Source: Candidatus Eiseniibacteriota bacterium (GTDB lineage Bacteria; Eisenbacteria; RBG-16-71-46). From it: a stretch of DNA of 64,000 bases. Position numbers and translations under genes: made by a program. Shown in pieces: positions 44,555 to 53,422 of this stretch (within the stretch, counting starts at the first letter, position 1; each line of letters starts with the position of its first letter). The DNA lies in the NCBI GenBank assembly GCA_036505355.1, contig DASXTP010000085.1, positions 1,463-65,462 on the forward strand, in the 5' to 3' direction. The notes under the pieces were generated by a model. It was not told the origin of the DNA, made no database searches, and saw nothing but the letters and a program-made list of their open reading frames with translations.

Positions 44555-45993
44555 GATTCACCCCCATGGCGGTGGCAAGCGGAGCCCCGCTGGCACCGCC
44601 CGAGCGAGTGCTTCCCACCCTCAACCCGGACGGCTCCCGACAGTGGATTCGTCCCAAGCCATCGGGTGGGCGCTACCTCCGCGCCCGGCGCGCGGTGGCC
44701 TATGCCTTGATGGTGGTCTTCTTCCTGATCCCCTACCTCAGGCTCAGGGGCAAGCCGCTCATCCTGCTCGACTTGCCACGGCGCGAGTTCACGCTATTCG
44801 GGACCACCTTCCTGCCCTCGGAGACACTGCTGTTCGTGATGCTGTTCCTGAGCGCGGTGATCGCGATCCTCCTGCTCACCGTGCGGCTCGGGCGGGTGTG
44901 GTGCGGCTGGGCGTGTCCGCAGACGGTGTACATGGAGTTCTTGTTCCGTCCCCTCGAGCGCTTCATCGAAGGCGGCTGGCGGGCCTCGCGGCGACTGGAT
45001 CGCCAGGGGGGGCTCGCCGCGCGCCGGGCGGTCAAGCTGCTGATCTACGTCCCGCTGGCGTTGTTCCTGTCCCACACCTTTCTGGCCTACTTCGTCGGCG
45101 TCGAGCAGCTCGCGCAGTGGGTGCGCCGCTCGCCGGTGGAGCATCCGGTCTCGTTCTTGGTGATGCTCGGCACCGCCGCCCTGGTCTACTTCGACTTCGC
45201 CTACTTCCGCGAGCAAACCTGTCTGGTGGCCTGTCCCTACGGCCGCCTCCAGTCGGCGCTGCTCGACCGTGGCTCCTTGATCGTGGGCTACGACACGCGG
45301 CGCGGCGAGCCCCGAATGAAAGGTATGAAGCCGCGGCCCGAGAACGCCGGCGACTGCATCGACTGCGGCGTGTGCGTGCTCACCTGCCCGACCGGGATCG
45401 ACATCCGCAGCGGGCTGCAGATGGAGTGCATTCATTGCACCCAATGCATGGACGCCTGCGACTTCGTGATGGCCAGGATCGGGAAGCCGCCCGGGCTGAT
45501 CCGCTACGGCACCCAGGACGAGCTGGAGGGGCGGCCGCGCCGCCGGGCGAGCCTGCGGCTCGTTCTCTATCCGCTGATGTTCGCGGCGACCTTCGGCTAC
45601 TTCCTCTACCTGATCGGCACCCGAGCCGAGGCCGAGGTCACGCTGCTCCGGGGGCTGGGCTCGCCGTACACGCTCGAGCCGGATGGCAGCGTCGTGAATC
45701 AGATCCGGGTCAAGGTCACGAACCGGGGTGCCCGGGAGCGGCGCTTCGGGATCGAGATCGCCGGCGATCCCCAAGCGCGGATGATCGCGCCCATCAACCC
45801 GCTTCCGGTCGCGGCGGGTCGCAGTGCGAGCACCAGCGTCTTCGTCGTCTTGCCGGCCGACCACTTCGAGCACGGCGAGCACGGGGTGACCGTGCGGCTG
45901 AGCGACGGCTCGTCGACCCGCGTCTTCCCCTACCGACTAGTCGGCCCGGAAGAAGACGAGGCGACCGAGGCGCACGGCAAGGAGGAGCCCTGA
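44551..45993 (+). CDS. ccoG: cytochrome c oxidase accessory protein CcoG/FixG (polyferredoxin-like)
   Basis: It carries RVWCGWACPQTV and the ferredoxin motifs CIDCGVCVLTCP and CIHCTQCMDAC. The GTG at 44551 overlaps the ccoP stop; an alternative ATG lies at 44566. Confidence 0.88.
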   Translation: MRFTPMAVASGAPLAPPERVLPTLNPDGSRQWIRPKPSGGRYLRARRAVAYALMVVFFLIPYLRLRGKPLILLDLPRREFTLFGTTFLPSETLLFVMLFLSAVIAILLLTVRLGRVWCGWACPQTVYMEFLFRPLERFIEGGWRASRRLDRQGGLAARRAVKLLIYVPLALFLSHTFLAYFVGVEQLAQWVRRSPVEHPVSFLVMLGTAALVYFDFAYFREQTCLVACPYGRLQSALLDRGSLIVGYDTRRGEPRMKGMKPRPENAGDCIDCGVCVLTCPTGIDIRSGLQMECIHCTQCMDACDFVMARIGKPPGLIRYGTQDELEGRPRRRASLRLVLYPLMFAATFGYFLYLIGTRAEAEVTLLRGLGSPYTLEPDGSVVNQIRVKVTNRGARERRFGIEIAGDPQARMIAPINPLPVAAGRSASTSVFVVLPADHFEHGEHGVTVRLSDGSSTRVFPYRLVGPEEDEATEAHGKEEP

Positions 45994-46475
45994 TGCGCGG
46001 TGGCGCCGGCTGGCCGCTGGCGGTCGCCGCAGTGCTCGCGGCGACCGTGATCGCGAACGCCTTCCTGTTCATCGCCGCCCAGGACCGAAATGCGGCGGTG
46101 GTGGAGCCCGACTACTACCGCAAGGCGGTCGAGTGGGATTCCACCCAGGCCCAGGAGCGCCACAACGGCGAGCTCGGCTGGCGGCTCGACGCCGAGCTCG
46201 GGCCGGGGGCCGGGGGCCGCGTGCCGCTGCGGGTCCGGCTCATCGACCCGGACGGCCGGCCGCTCGACGGCGCCACGGGATGGGTCACGGCGATCCACAA
46301 TGCCGAGGCCGGCAACCCGGTCACGGCTGCCCTGGCTCGTGCACCAGGGGGCGGATACCGGGCGACGCTCCGGCTCCACCGCGGGGGCCTGTGGGAGCTC
46401 CGCTTCGTGATCCAGCGGGATGCCGAGCGGTTCACCGCGACGTTGCGGCGCGAGATCGAGCCACCCCCTTCATGA
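45993..46475 (+). CDS. FixH-family protein (cbb3 oxidase assembly)
   Basis: TGATG overlap with ccoG. It has an N-terminal TM helix and PDYYRKAVEWD, typical of FixH. Confidence 0.75.
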   Translation: MRGGAGWPLAVAAVLAATVIANAFLFIAAQDRNAAVVEPDYYRKAVEWDSTQAQERHNGELGWRLDAELGPGAGGRVPLRVRLIDPDGRPLDGATGWVTAIHNAEAGNPVTAALARAPGGGYRATLRLHRGGLWELRFVIQRDAERFTATLRREIEPPPS

Positions 46476-47209
46476 CCCCGCTCTCTCATCCGATCGATTC
46501 GCCCACCTGGGCCCTCGCCGGGTCGGTCCTCACCGCCAGCCTTCTCGGAAGCGTCCACTGCGCGGGCATGTGCGGGGGCTTCGTTTGCTTCTACACGGGA
46601 CAAGCTGACGCGCGCCCCTGGCTTCGCCACCTGGCCTACAATGGCGGCCGCCTGATCTCGTATGGGACGTTGGGCGGCCTGGCCGGCGCCTTCGGCGCGA
46701 CGCTCGACCGCCTCGGAGCTGCGGCGGGGGTGGCCGGGAGCGCGGCGGTGGTGGCCGGCGCGCTGATGATCCTGTGGGGCGGGAGTGCGTTGATCCAAGC
46801 CGCGGGCGGGCGCCTGCCGGCCGTTCATGGACCCGCCTGGCTACGTCGGCCCCTGGCGGCTGTCATCCGGACCGTCGGCGGCCAGCCCGCTCCGCTCCGC
46901 GCGCTGGTGGTGGGACTGGTCACCACCCTGCTGCCGTGCGGCTTCCTCTACGCGTTCGTGACCGTGGCGGCCGGCACCGGCTCGATCGCCGGCGGAGCGC
47001 TGGTGATGTCGGCTTTCTGGGCCGGTACGGTCCCGATGATGGCCGGGCTGGGAATCGCCGCGCGGCGCGCCCTGAGCCCGCTCGGGCGCCGGCTGCCCTC
47101 GTTCACCGCCGCCGCGCTGGTGGTGATCGGCCTGCTCACGGCGGCCGGGAAGTTCCGGCCCCACGCCATGCCTCACGCCCATCCCGGGACCCATCATGTC
47201 GGTCACTGA
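46472..47209 (+). CDS. TauE/SafE-like (DsbD_2-like) membrane protein associated with cco clusters, with a C-terminal His-rich tail
   Basis: ATGA overlap upstream. It has the GSVHCAGMCGG motif and is polytopic. The tail is HAMPHAHPGTHHVGH. The 3' end overlaps ccoI by 14 nt. Confidence 0.7.
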   Translation: MTPLSHPIDSPTWALAGSVLTASLLGSVHCAGMCGGFVCFYTGQADARPWLRHLAYNGGRLISYGTLGGLAGAFGATLDRLGAAAGVAGSAAVVAGALMILWGGSALIQAAGGRLPAVHGPAWLRRPLAAVIRTVGGQPAPLRALVVGLVTTLLPCGFLYAFVTVAAGTGSIAGGALVMSAFWAGTVPMMAGLGIAARRALSPLGRRLPSFTAAALVVIGLLTAAGKFRPHAMPHAHPGTHHVGH

Positions 47210-49754
47210 GGCCCCGGCACGGCGAGGGAAGGCACCGCGGGGCCCGGCTTGGGCCGCGGGGCCCTTGCCCGCTCCGGCGGCCACGCCGACCCCCGGCGCC
47301 CGACAGGAGACACCGGAGGCCGGCGCGGCGAACCGCGAACCGCTCTGCCTGCACTGCGGACTCCCCGTCCCCGCGGCGGCTCGCGCCGAAGACGAGACCC
47401 CCTTCTGCTGCTCGGGCTGCGCCACCGCGTACGCCGTGATCCTCGAGTGCGGCCTCGGGCGCTATTACCGCCTCGCCGAGCGGCGCGGCGCGGCGGTGGT
47501 GCCGCAGGGCCGGAGCTACGAGGAGTTCGATCACCCGGCCTTCCATGGCTTGTACGTGCACCATCGGGGTGAGCTCGCGGAGACCGAGCTCTACCTGGAG
47601 GGCATCCACTGCTCGTCGTGCGTGTGGCTGATCGAGCGGGCACCGCTGTCGCTCCCGGGAGTGGCCGGGATCGAGCTCGACTGGACGCGCGGACGGGTGC
47701 GGATCGCCTGGGATGACGCCCAGACCCGGCTGTCGCGCATCGCCGGCTTCCTCGGCCTGCTCGGGTATCGTGCCCATCCCTTCCGCGGTGGCAAGGCCGA
47801 CGCGCGGCGACGCGCCGAGGACCGGGCGATGATCGCCCGCATCGGCGTGGCCGCCGCGATCGCCGTCAACGTCATGCTGGCCGCGTTCGCGCTCTACTGC
47901 GGCTGGTTTGGCGGCATGGAGCCGGTCTACCGCGAGTACTTCCGCTGGGTGAGCCTGCTGCTCGTCACCCCGGCGCTGCTGTTCCCGGGGCAGGTGTTCT
48001 TCCGTGGCGCCTGGGCGGCGCTGAGAACCCGCACACTCCACATGGACCTGCCGATCGCGATCGCGCTGGCCGCCGGCTACGCGCGCGGCGTCGTCAACAC
48101 GATCACCGGCCGCGGGCCCATCTACCTGGACGGCGTGGCGATGCTGATCTTCCTGCTGCTGCTCGGCCGCGCCCTGCAGCTTCGCGCCCAACGGGCGGCC
48201 ACCGACTCGGCCGAACTGCTCTATTCCCTGTCGCCATCGACGGCGCGCGTGGTCGAGCCGGAAGACCGGGTGCGCGAGCGTCCGGCCGAAGCGTTGCTCC
48301 CGGGCATGGTGCTCGAAGTGCGCGTCGGGGACACGGTGGCGGCCGACGGGGTGGCCGCCCGCGGCGAATCCGAGGTCGACACCTCGCTGCTCACCGGCGA
48401 GACGCGCCTGCGCGCCGTCGGCCCCGGCGACCCGGTGTTCGCCGGCAGCGTCAACCGCGGCTCGACGCTGTACGTACGGGTCGAGCAGACCGGGGAGGCG
48501 AGCCGGTTGGGACGGATCTTGGCCCAAGTGGAAGCGGGAGCGCGCCGGCGGGCGCCGCTGGTCCGGGTCGCCGACCGGATGGCCGGCGCGTTCGTGGCCG
48601 TGGTGCTGATGCTGGCGGCGGTGACGGCGTGGTGGTGGCTCGGCCGCGACCCGTCGGCGGCTCTCGACCGCGCGATCGCGTTGCTCATCGTCACCTGTCC
48701 CTGCGCGCTTGCTCTGGCCACGCCGCTCGCGGTCACCGTGGCGATCGGGCGCGCGGCCCGCGCCGGCATCCTGGTGAAGGGCGGCGACGCGCTGGAGCGG
48801 CTCGCCCGGCCGGGGCGGCTGATCCTCGACAAGACCGGCACGGTGACCGAAGGCCGCGTCTCGCTCGCGGCATGGTGTGGGTCGGAGCAGGTGAAGCCCC
48901 TGGTGCTGGCTCTCGAACGGCATTCGGGCCACCCGATCGCCCACGGCTTCACCGAGGCCTGGCCGGCCCTGGCCGTGCCGCCGGCAGGCGACCTCGCCTA
49001 CACGATGGGTGGTGGCCTCGAAGGGCGGGTCGCGGGACAGCGGGTGGTCGTCGGATCACCGGCTTTCGTGAAGGCGCGGCTCGCGGCGACGGAGGACCCG
49101 GCGGTGGAAGGCCGGCCGGGCGCCTTGACGCCGGTGTGGGTGGCCGTGGACGGGCGGCTGGAGGCGCGCGCTTGGTTCGGCGACCCGGTGCGCGCGGACG
49201 CCGCCGCGGCACTCGGGGCGCTGGCCCGGCGCGGCTGGCAGCTGTCGCTGCTTTCTGGCGACGATCCCGCGGTGGTGCGCGACGTCGCCCGTCGGATCCG
49301 TCTTCCCGACCGGCGCTGCCGTGGGGCGGCCTCGCCGGAGGACAAGCTCCGCGCGATCGAGGCCGCCCGCGGACCGGGCGCGACCGTCATGGTGGGCGAC
49401 GGCGTGAACGACGCCGCGGCCATCGCCCGGGCCGACGTCGGGATCGGCGTGAGCGGCGGCGCCGAGGCGTGCCTCGCCGTGGCCGACGTGTTCCTCGCTC
49501 GACCGGGGCTTACGCCCCTGGTCGAGCTGGTCACGGGAGCCGAACGGACGCTGCGCGTGATCCGCCGCAACATCGCCTGGTCGCTGGTCTACAACCTCGC
49601 CGGAGCGGCGCTAGCGATGACCGGCGTCATCAACCCGCTGATCGCAGCCGTCCTGATGCCGGCGAGCTCGCTCACCGTCGTGCTCGCCTCGTGGAGCGCC
49701 CGCACGTTCGAGACCCGGGCCGGATCGGGCACGACGCTCGGACCGCCCCGGTGA
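47196..49754 (+). CDS. ccoI: copper-translocating P1B-type ATPase CcoI/FixI
   Basis: 852 aa. It has an N-terminal Cys-rich metal-binding region (CLHCG...CCSGC), the TM CPC motif (VTCPCALALATP), the phosphorylation site DKTGT and the hinge GDGVNDA. Confidence 0.92.
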   Translation: MSVTEAPARRGKAPRGPAWAAGPLPAPAATPTPGARQETPEAGAANREPLCLHCGLPVPAAARAEDETPFCCSGCATAYAVILECGLGRYYRLAERRGAAVVPQGRSYEEFDHPAFHGLYVHHRGELAETELYLEGIHCSSCVWLIERAPLSLPGVAGIELDWTRGRVRIAWDDAQTRLSRIAGFLGLLGYRAHPFRGGKADARRRAEDRAMIARIGVAAAIAVNVMLAAFALYCGWFGGMEPVYREYFRWVSLLLVTPALLFPGQVFFRGAWAALRTRTLHMDLPIAIALAAGYARGVVNTITGRGPIYLDGVAMLIFLLLLGRALQLRAQRAATDSAELLYSLSPSTARVVEPEDRVRERPAEALLPGMVLEVRVGDTVAADGVAARGESEVDTSLLTGETRLRAVGPGDPVFAGSVNRGSTLYVRVEQTGEASRLGRILAQVEAGARRRAPLVRVADRMAGAFVAVVLMLAAVTAWWWLGRDPSAALDRAIALLIVTCPCALALATPLAVTVAIGRAARAGILVKGGDALERLARPGRLILDKTGTVTEGRVSLAAWCGSEQVKPLVLALERHSGHPIAHGFTEAWPALAVPPAGDLAYTMGGGLEGRVAGQRVVVGSPAFVKARLAATEDPAVEGRPGALTPVWVAVDGRLEARAWFGDPVRADAAAALGALARRGWQLSLLSGDDPAVVRDVARRIRLPDRRCRGAASPEDKLRAIEAARGPGATVMVGDGVNDAAAIARADVGIGVSGGAEACLAVADVFLARPGLTPLVELVTGAERTLRVIRRNIAWSLVYNLAGAALAMTGVINPLIAAVLMPASSLTVVLASWSARTFETRAGSGTTLGPPR

Positions 49755-49764
49755 GGAACCCGCC

Positions 49765-49971
49765 GTGAGCGTCCTGTTCGTGGTCGTGCCGGCGGCGCTC
49801 CTGCTGGTACTGGTCGCCGTGATCGCCTTCGTGTGGGCCTCACGCAGCGGACAATTCGACGACCTCACCACACCCGCGGTGCGGAGCCTCCATGACGACA
49901 GCGAGCCGGAGGTCCGGCCGCCGGGAAAGCGCCACCGGCGGGTGCCCGGCGGCCCCCCGCGGGCACCCTGA
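49765..49971 (+). CDS. ccoS: cbb3 oxidase maturation protein CcoS/FixS
   Basis: 68 aa from a GTG start. It has one TM helix followed by WASRSGQFDDLTTPAVRSLHDD, the characteristic CcoS motif. Confidence 0.8.
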   Translation: MSVLFVVVPAALLLVLVAVIAFVWASRSGQFDDLTTPAVRSLHDDSEPEVRPPGKRHRRVPGGPPRAP

Positions 49972-49982
49972 ACGACTCCGGC

Positions 49983-51095
49983 TCACACCACCGCGACCTT
50001 CACGCAGTGGATCGGCGGCAACGAGTCGTACAGGCAGCTCCACTCCTCACCGCCGTCCCGGCCGATCCAGAGCTGCCCGGTGGTGGTCCCGAAGTAGAGC
50101 GCGGGCGACTTGAGCTCGTCGACGTCCATCGCGTCGCGCTGGACGGTGAAGAAGCTCTCCTTCTTGGGCAGCCCCTTCGCGAGCCGCCGCCACGAGTCGC
50201 CGCCGTTCTCGCTGCGCCAGACCGCCGGCGCCCCGCCCGGACAGGTGCGCGTCATCGGCTCGAGCGGCATCACGTAGACCGTGTCGGCGTCGTGCGGATG
50301 CGCGACGATCGGAAAGCCGAAATCCGACGGCAGCCCCTTGGCGATCGACCGCCAGGTGCGGCCATGATCGTCGCTGCGCAGCACGCCGATGTCCGGTCGC
50401 GGCCCGCCCGGCCCGTCCCAGTTGGCCCAGCCGCCGTGGTTCTGCATGTAGAGGCGGCCAGGAGCGTCGTCATGGCCGACGATCTTGTGCACGCACTGGC
50501 CGAACTCGGGGTAAGGATCGGGCGCGAAGCCGGCACCGACGCCCTGATTGGAGGCTCGGAAGGTCGCCCCACCGTCCTCGCTCAGGTAATGCCCTCCGGT
50601 GGAGATGCCGAGGTGCACTCGATCCCCGTCGCGCAGGATGGTGTGCATGCAGAGCCCGCCGTTTCCGGGTTGCCACTTGCGCGCGTGCTCGTGATTGCTG
50701 ATGCTCGAGACCATCTCCCACGAATCGCCGCCGTCGGGACTCCGGAACAGCGCCGCCGGCTCGACCCCGCACCACAGCTCCTTCTTGCCGTCGCCGGCTT
50801 CCAGCGACCAGATGTTGGCGAGCGCACGCCCGTCGTCCTGCGGGAAGGCGGGAGCCGACTTGGTCTCCTTGAAGGTCTTCCCGAGGTTGGTCGAGCGCAG
50901 CACCTTCATGCCGAAGAACGCGTTGCAGCTCGAGGCGTAGAGCCGCGGCGTGCCGCGCCGGTCGATCAGCGCCGCATAGACCGCCACGCCCGATCCGAAG
51001 GGCCCGCGCAGTGTAAACGTGCGCCGTGTCTTCGGTGATTCGGCGACGAATACGCCCTTCTTGGTCCCGATGCAGAGAATGACTCGCTCCGGCAT
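49983..51095 (-). CDS. BNR/sialidase-like beta-propeller repeat protein (function unknown)
   Basis: Internal ATG at 51095 (MPERVILCIGTKKGVF...). It has repeated S-x-D-x-G-x-TW-like motifs (SPDGGDSWE, SEDGGATF, SDDHGRTW, SENGGDSW, GRDGGEEW). It starts 2 nt after the MoaD-like stop. Confidence 0.75.
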   Translation of the reverse strand: MPERVILCIGTKKGVFVAESPKTRRTFTLRGPFGSGVAVYAALIDRRGTPRLYASSCNAFFGMKVLRSTNLGKTFKETKSAPAFPQDDGRALANIWSLEAGDGKKELWCGVEPAALFRSPDGGDSWEMVSSISNHEHARKWQPGNGGLCMHTILRDGDRVHLGISTGGHYLSEDGGATFRASNQGVGAGFAPDPYPEFGQCVHKIVGHDDAPGRLYMQNHGGWANWDGPGGPRPDIGVLRSDDHGRTWRSIAKGLPSDFGFPIVAHPHDADTVYVMPLEPMTRTCPGGAPAVWRSENGGDSWRRLAKGLPKKESFFTVQRDAMDVDELKSPALYFGTTTGQLWIGRDGGEEWSCLYDSLPPIHCVKVAVV

Positions 51096-51097
51096 GT

Positions 51098-51385
51098 TCA
51101 ACCTCCCGAGATCGCAGGCAGGATGGTGACGACGTCCCCCGGCCCCAGTGGCGTGTCGAGTCCATCCCGGTCGCGGACGTGGAACGTGTTCACGAACAGG
51201 TTCACGTGGCGGCGCACCGCGCCGGTCTCGTCGCAGACGCCGCGGTACAACGACGGGTGCCGACGCTCGAGCTCCTGAAGGACGGCACGCACGCTCGAGG
51301 CGGGCAGCCACAGCTCCGAGGCGCCCCCGCAGTCGTCACGCAGCGCCGTGGGAACGTGGATCTTGATGCTCGTCGACTCGGTCAT
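51098..51385 (-). CDS. MoaD/ThiS-family ubiquitin-like beta-grasp protein ending in Gly-Gly
   Basis: 95 aa with the C-terminus ...GDVVTILPAISGG immediately before the stop. Confidence 0.8.
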   Translation of the reverse strand: MTESTSIKIHVPTALRDDCGGASELWLPASSVRAVLQELERRHPSLYRGVCDETGAVRRHVNLFVNTFHVRDRDGLDTPLGPGDVVTILPAISGG

Positions 51386-51546
51386 GGCGGAGAACGATGA
51401 CAGGCGCCGCAGGATGGATCGAAAACGGATGGGGACGGGAGCTCAAAGCGCATCGACTTCGGCCTCAGAGTAGCGCCGCGGGGAGGTTCTGACCAGCAGA
51501 TCTCGGAGGCGACCGGCCCTCGATCGACCGTGCCGGGCATCTGCCC

Positions 51547-52062
51547 TCACCCGAGGGAGTTCGGGATCCCTTCCTCGGCATAGGCCTCGAGCACGGCTGC
51601 GTCGAAGCACGCGAACAGGACTCGCTCCAGGCTCCACGGGTGCGCAGCCGCCCCGCGCACCGCGGCCACCGCGATGCTCGTGGCCGCCTTCACAGGGTAG
51701 CCAAAGATGCCCGTGCTGATCGCCGGAAAGGCGATGCTCTTCAGGCCCTCCGACCGCGCCAGGTCGAGAGCGGAGCGGTAGGCTCCGGCCAGCAGGTCGG
51801 CCTCCCCCGCGTACCCACCTCGCCACACGGGACCGACGGCGTGGATCACGAAGCGGGCCGGCAGATCGAATCCCGGAGTCAGACGAGCCTGGCCGGTCGG
51901 GCAGGGTGCCACGAGCGTACAAGCGTGGGCCAGCCGCGGGCCGGCCTTTCGATGGATGGCGCCGCACACACCGCCCCCTACGGTCAGCTCCGGGTTGCCG
52001 GCGTTGACGATGGCATCGACGGCCAGGGTCGTGATGTCGACGATCTGCGCCTCGATCTTCAT
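51547..52062 (-). CDS. macro-domain protein (O-acetyl-ADP-ribose deacetylase-like)
   Basis: 171 aa with DAIVNAGN, GGGVCGAIH, VIHAVGP and IAFPAISTGIFGYP. Confidence 0.9.
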   Translation of the reverse strand: MKIEAQIVDITTLAVDAIVNAGNPELTVGGGVCGAIHRKAGPRLAHACTLVAPCPTGQARLTPGFDLPARFVIHAVGPVWRGGYAGEADLLAGAYRSALDLARSEGLKSIAFPAISTGIFGYPVKAATSIAVAAVRGAAAHPWSLERVLFACFDAAVLEAYAEEGIPNSLG

Positions 52063-52613
52063 GGCACGGCCGGCGCGGCTGCCAGGACACCGAGCTTCCG
52101 CACGGTGTTCCAGTTCCGAGCAGTGCCGCGGGTCCCGAGGGTTCGTTCGATCACGGCGCTCGTCAGACGTGAGCGGCCGATGCCGTCCGGATAGACGAGG
52201 TAGGCGTGTCGGCCCTTGGCGCGGACCCTCTCGCGCCCCGTGATCGCCCTCTCGACTGCCGCCACGTTCGCACGGTTTGGGGCCTGCTTGAGAAACAGGA
52301 CCAGGAGATGGCTGGGATCGCGACGGGCTTCCTCAGGAAACGGATTGCCGTCGACCATGGCGCTCCAATCCTCGGCGGTGCGGACCAGAAAGTCCGTCTC
52401 GAGACCGAGACGCTTCGCGGCCGCGCCCTCGAGCAGCGCTTCCAACTTCGCCCCCGAGCGAAGGTCGGAGCCGAAGACCAGGTTGCCGCTCTGCAGCAGA
52501 GAGCGCACGTCACGCATGCCGAGCCCGGCCAGCAGCTTTCGCAAATCGGCCATCCCGACCCGGTTGTGCCCGGCCAGGTTCACCGCCCTCAAAAGCCCGA
52601 TGTAGGTGGTCAC
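52059..52613 (-). CDS. DUF1697-family protein
   Basis: GTG start at 52613 (VTTYIGLLRAVNLAGHNRV...). GTGA overlap with the upstream DinB gene and ATGA overlap with the macro gene. Confidence 0.75.
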   Translation of the reverse strand: MTTYIGLLRAVNLAGHNRVGMADLRKLLAGLGMRDVRSLLQSGNLVFGSDLRSGAKLEALLEGAAAKRLGLETDFLVRTAEDWSAMVDGNPFPEEARRDPSHLLVLFLKQAPNRANVAAVERAITGRERVRAKGRHAYLVYPDGIGRSRLTSAVIERTLGTRGTARNWNTVRKLGVLAAAPAVP

Positions 52614-53110
52614 TGGGACAGCTCGTCGTGGTACAGCAGAAAGTCGGTCGCCACCGGCTGCACCTGCAACTGGCGCAGCATCGTGGCCACCTGGCCGCGG
52701 TGATAGCTCGAGTGGTTCACTAGGTGGACCATTTGCCGCCACAGCGGGTACTCCCAGGTCTCTCCCTGGCGGTTCACGTAGCGGACGATGTCCAGGAGGC
52801 GCTCCGCGGTCACCGATTCGACGAACGCTCGCAGGTCCAGCTCGATCGCAAGCCACCGAGCCTTGAGGTCTCCAGGCCGCGGGAAGTCGGAGGGCGGGAA
52901 AACGGTACGCGGCGACGTTCCCTTCCAGCGTTGCAAGTACAGCCACTCGGCCCACACGATGTGCGTGACCGTGTCGCGTAGCGACGGATGGCTGCTGCCC
53001 AGGTCTCTCGTGAACGGATCTGGAGCGAGACCCGAGATCGCCTCGAACACGCGAGCGTTGGCCCAACGATTGTATCGATAGAGCTCCTGCACGGCCCTGA
53101 CGTCGATCAT
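52610..53110 (-). CDS. DinB-family (four-helix-bundle, metal-dependent) protein
   Basis: Internal ATG at 53110 (MIDVRAVQELYRYNRWANARVF...). It has the His triad context (THIVWAEW, HLVNHSSYHRGQ). Confidence 0.8.
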   Translation of the reverse strand: MIDVRAVQELYRYNRWANARVFEAISGLAPDPFTRDLGSSHPSLRDTVTHIVWAEWLYLQRWKGTSPRTVFPPSDFPRPGDLKARWLAIELDLRAFVESVTAERLLDIVRYVNRQGETWEYPLWRQMVHLVNHSSYHRGQVATMLRQLQVQPVATDFLLYHDELSQ

Positions 53111-53328
53111 CCGGCTGCCCCCGCCCGTCGCGGCTCGGCTCGCGACGCGAGCACGAACCCGTAGGCCGACAGGAATCCCGGCAGGATCAGGCCGAGAATC
53201 GAGAGCCAGTACGGAACCACCCAGCCCGCGATCTCGATTTCCCACCCCGCGATCAGCCGCGTCAGATGGGCCGCGCCGACGACGAGGAACACGAAGCCGC
53301 AGGTCAGACAGTAGGTCTTGTGATTCAT
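53107..53328 (-). CDS. hypothetical small two-TM membrane protein
   Basis: 73 aa (MNHKTYCLTCGFVFLVVGAAHL...). Its stop overlaps the DinB start as ATGA. Confidence 0.5.
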   Translation of the reverse strand: MNHKTYCLTCGFVFLVVGAAHLTRLIAGWEIEIAGWVVPYWLSILGLILPGFLSAYGFVLASRAEPRRAGAAG

Positions 53329-53422
53329 GGCATGCCCCTTGTGCCAGAAACCTCGGTCCCGTCGCCGATTTCCGACCAACCCGGGAAGCGAGTTTCGGGA
53401 GCCGTCGGGCGTCCCGGATTCG

